From positions 124,001-188,000 of IMG/VR virus record IMGVR_UViG_3300042934_000594: a DNA stretch of 64,000 nucleotides; one strand, written 5' to 3'. Positions 62,726 to 64,000 of this stretch are shown in pieces. The position numbers and the translations under genes were made by a program. Positions within the stretch are counted from its first letter, which is position 1. Each line of letters opens with the position of its first letter. The notes under the pieces were generated by a model that did not search any database, was not told the origin of the DNA, and saw only the letters and a list, made by a program, of their open reading frames with translations.

Positions 62726-63295
62726 TTATGAGTTGCTGTTTACCAACTCGTTCAGGATCGGCCAGTCGGTGGCATTGATTTCATGGAAACGCCACTCGGC
62801 AACTGTGTGTTTGTCAATGCGGTAACTGGCATGACCACTGTCCACCATGTAGCCCAACATGCGCGGTTCCGGACCTATATTGGTATCCGCACCTGGAATA
62901 CGGATCATGAACGCACCCCGGTCTTTCTCTTCGAGGCGATAATCGCGCAAGGCCCAGAAGGTGAGCTTGTCACCAAACTGTTCACGCAGAGCAGGGTAGG
63001 CGACCTTAAATGACAGGATGTCGCTCTTGACGGCCTCCCGCAACGCATGGGTTGCCAGCATGTTCGCGGTCTCGGGTAACAGCAGGTACTTCTCGCAGCG
63101 TCCGCCCGGGTGGTGATCGAAATGGATCTGATCGCTTTCTTCGATGGATCCGTTCTCGGTTAAGTAGTAACCAAGGAACAGCCCCTCGTCATCCCAACGT
63201 TCGTAAAAACGATGTTGGTTGTTATCCGGGTCCAGGACATACAGGCACATACCAGCTTTGAGTGCGTCGCTGATGTAATCTAGGTAATGGCGCAT
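62726..63295 (-). CDS. Hypothetical protein
   Basis: 189 aa, AGGAG RBS. Confidence 0.6.
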   Translation of the reverse strand: MRHYLDYISDALKAGMCLYVLDPDNNQHRFYERWDDEGLFLGYYLTENGSIEESDQIHFDHHPGGRCEKYLLLPETANMLATHALREAVKSDILSFKVAYPALREQFGDKLTFWALRDYRLEEKDRGAFMIRIPGADTNIGPEPRMLGYMVDSGHASYRIDKHTVAEWRFHEINATDWPILNELVNSNS

Positions 63296-63400
63296 GGGGT
63301 GTCTCCTGAGGGGCCCGAGGGAAGTTCAGGCCTTCATACTACTGCCGTGCCCAGTAATCCCTCAGACGGCATAAAGGCGTCCCTAAGGACACCCTCATGG

Positions 63401-64000
63401 TTACACGCCTTCTGCTTCGTAGTGGTTCAAACAGTGACCGATAAACGTCAGGTACACGTTGAGCTCCACCGCCAACCAATGAGTGAAGTTACCCATCGGT
63501 TCAGCCAGTTTCTGCGAGATGGCCCCCAGCATGTGCATCAGCGCATTGCCGGAGTTGTTGGCTTCCTGACCAATTCGTTCGGAACGGTCAGCGATGGTGC
63601 GAATGGCATCATCGACCACGCTCTTCACGGTCTGGAAATCTTTCATGCCGGCTTCACCGGATTCACCGATTTCCAAGATGGCCGAGATCTTCTCCACCAG
63701 AGCGCTCAGTGTCTTGATCGACGGAACATCGATGGTACGCGCCGAACGATCGGCTGTATTCATCTGAAGCTCTGTGAACTTGACCGCAAACGACTGTTGA
63801 ATCAGTTGGCCATACCGCTCAGTGCCGACTTCCTTGCCCAGGTCCGCCACGTGGCCTGGGTGGATGAACAGCAGCGCGTAGTTGCCGGGTAGAACAGCGG
63901 AGTGGTACCAGTGACCATTGTCCTTGACACCGCTCGGTAACTGCCCTGCCGGGGCTTGCACAGTCCCGTGTGGGACTTTCATGTGACGCTCCAGCGACTT
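63401..64000 (-). CDS. Inner head protein (phiKZ gp162/163-like), 5'-partial
   Basis: Frame stays open to the window end (KSLERH-MKVP...); C-terminus GNFTHWLAVELNVYLTFIGHCLNHYE parallels ORF 1-435; follows spike and PAAR as in phiKZ. Confidence 0.55.
   Translation of the reverse strand, partial: KSLERHMKVPHGTVQAPAGQLPSGVKDNGHWYHSAVLPGNYALLFIHPGHVADLGKEVGTERYGQLIQQSFAVKFTELQMNTADRSARTIDVPSIKTLSALVEKISAILEIGESGEAGMKDFQTVKSVVDDAIRTIADRSERIGQEANNSGNALMHMLGAISQKLAEPMGNFTHWLAVELNVYLTFIGHCLNHYEAEGV

Noticed and set aside
1-64000. Genome-wide stop-codon recoding (alternative genetic code)
   Set aside because: Long genes read cleanly in code 11 and TGA, TAG and TAA all end genes at sensible places; the capsid case is local.

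Overview
This is a 64-kb segment of a phiKZ-like (Chimalliviridae-type, nucleus-forming) jumbo myophage genome. It is GC-rich and the host is probably a Pseudomonas or related bacterium (inference). Gene order follows the phiKZ gp93-gp165 region. From the left it carries inner-head proteins with acidic propeptides, four virion genes, and an early accessory island (about 8.6-16.3 kb) with a repeated 24-bp promoter motif, many membrane micro-proteins, a DarG-like macrodomain and a DUF6527-like protein. These are followed by a DnaB-like helicase, the major capsid protein, a non-virion RNA polymerase beta subunit, baseplate genes and the portal. The right part holds a large minus-strand tail/fibre block with a collagen-like fibre, a lysis cassette (PG-binding muramidase, overlapping spanins), RuvC and 2OG-Fe(II) oxygenase(s), then SbcC, a central spike and a PAAR protein. 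The most striking unexplained signal is just after the capsid gene's UGA stop. The same frame stays open for 24 codons (KSTARLLESGATRTLEDGRVRLLE), matching at 15 of 21 residues the C-terminus of a virion protein 25 kb away, and it contains a GNRA-capped hairpin. This suggests programmed stop-codon readthrough that puts a docking peptide on a subset of capsid subunits. All family assignments come from motif recognition and synteny; no database searches were run.
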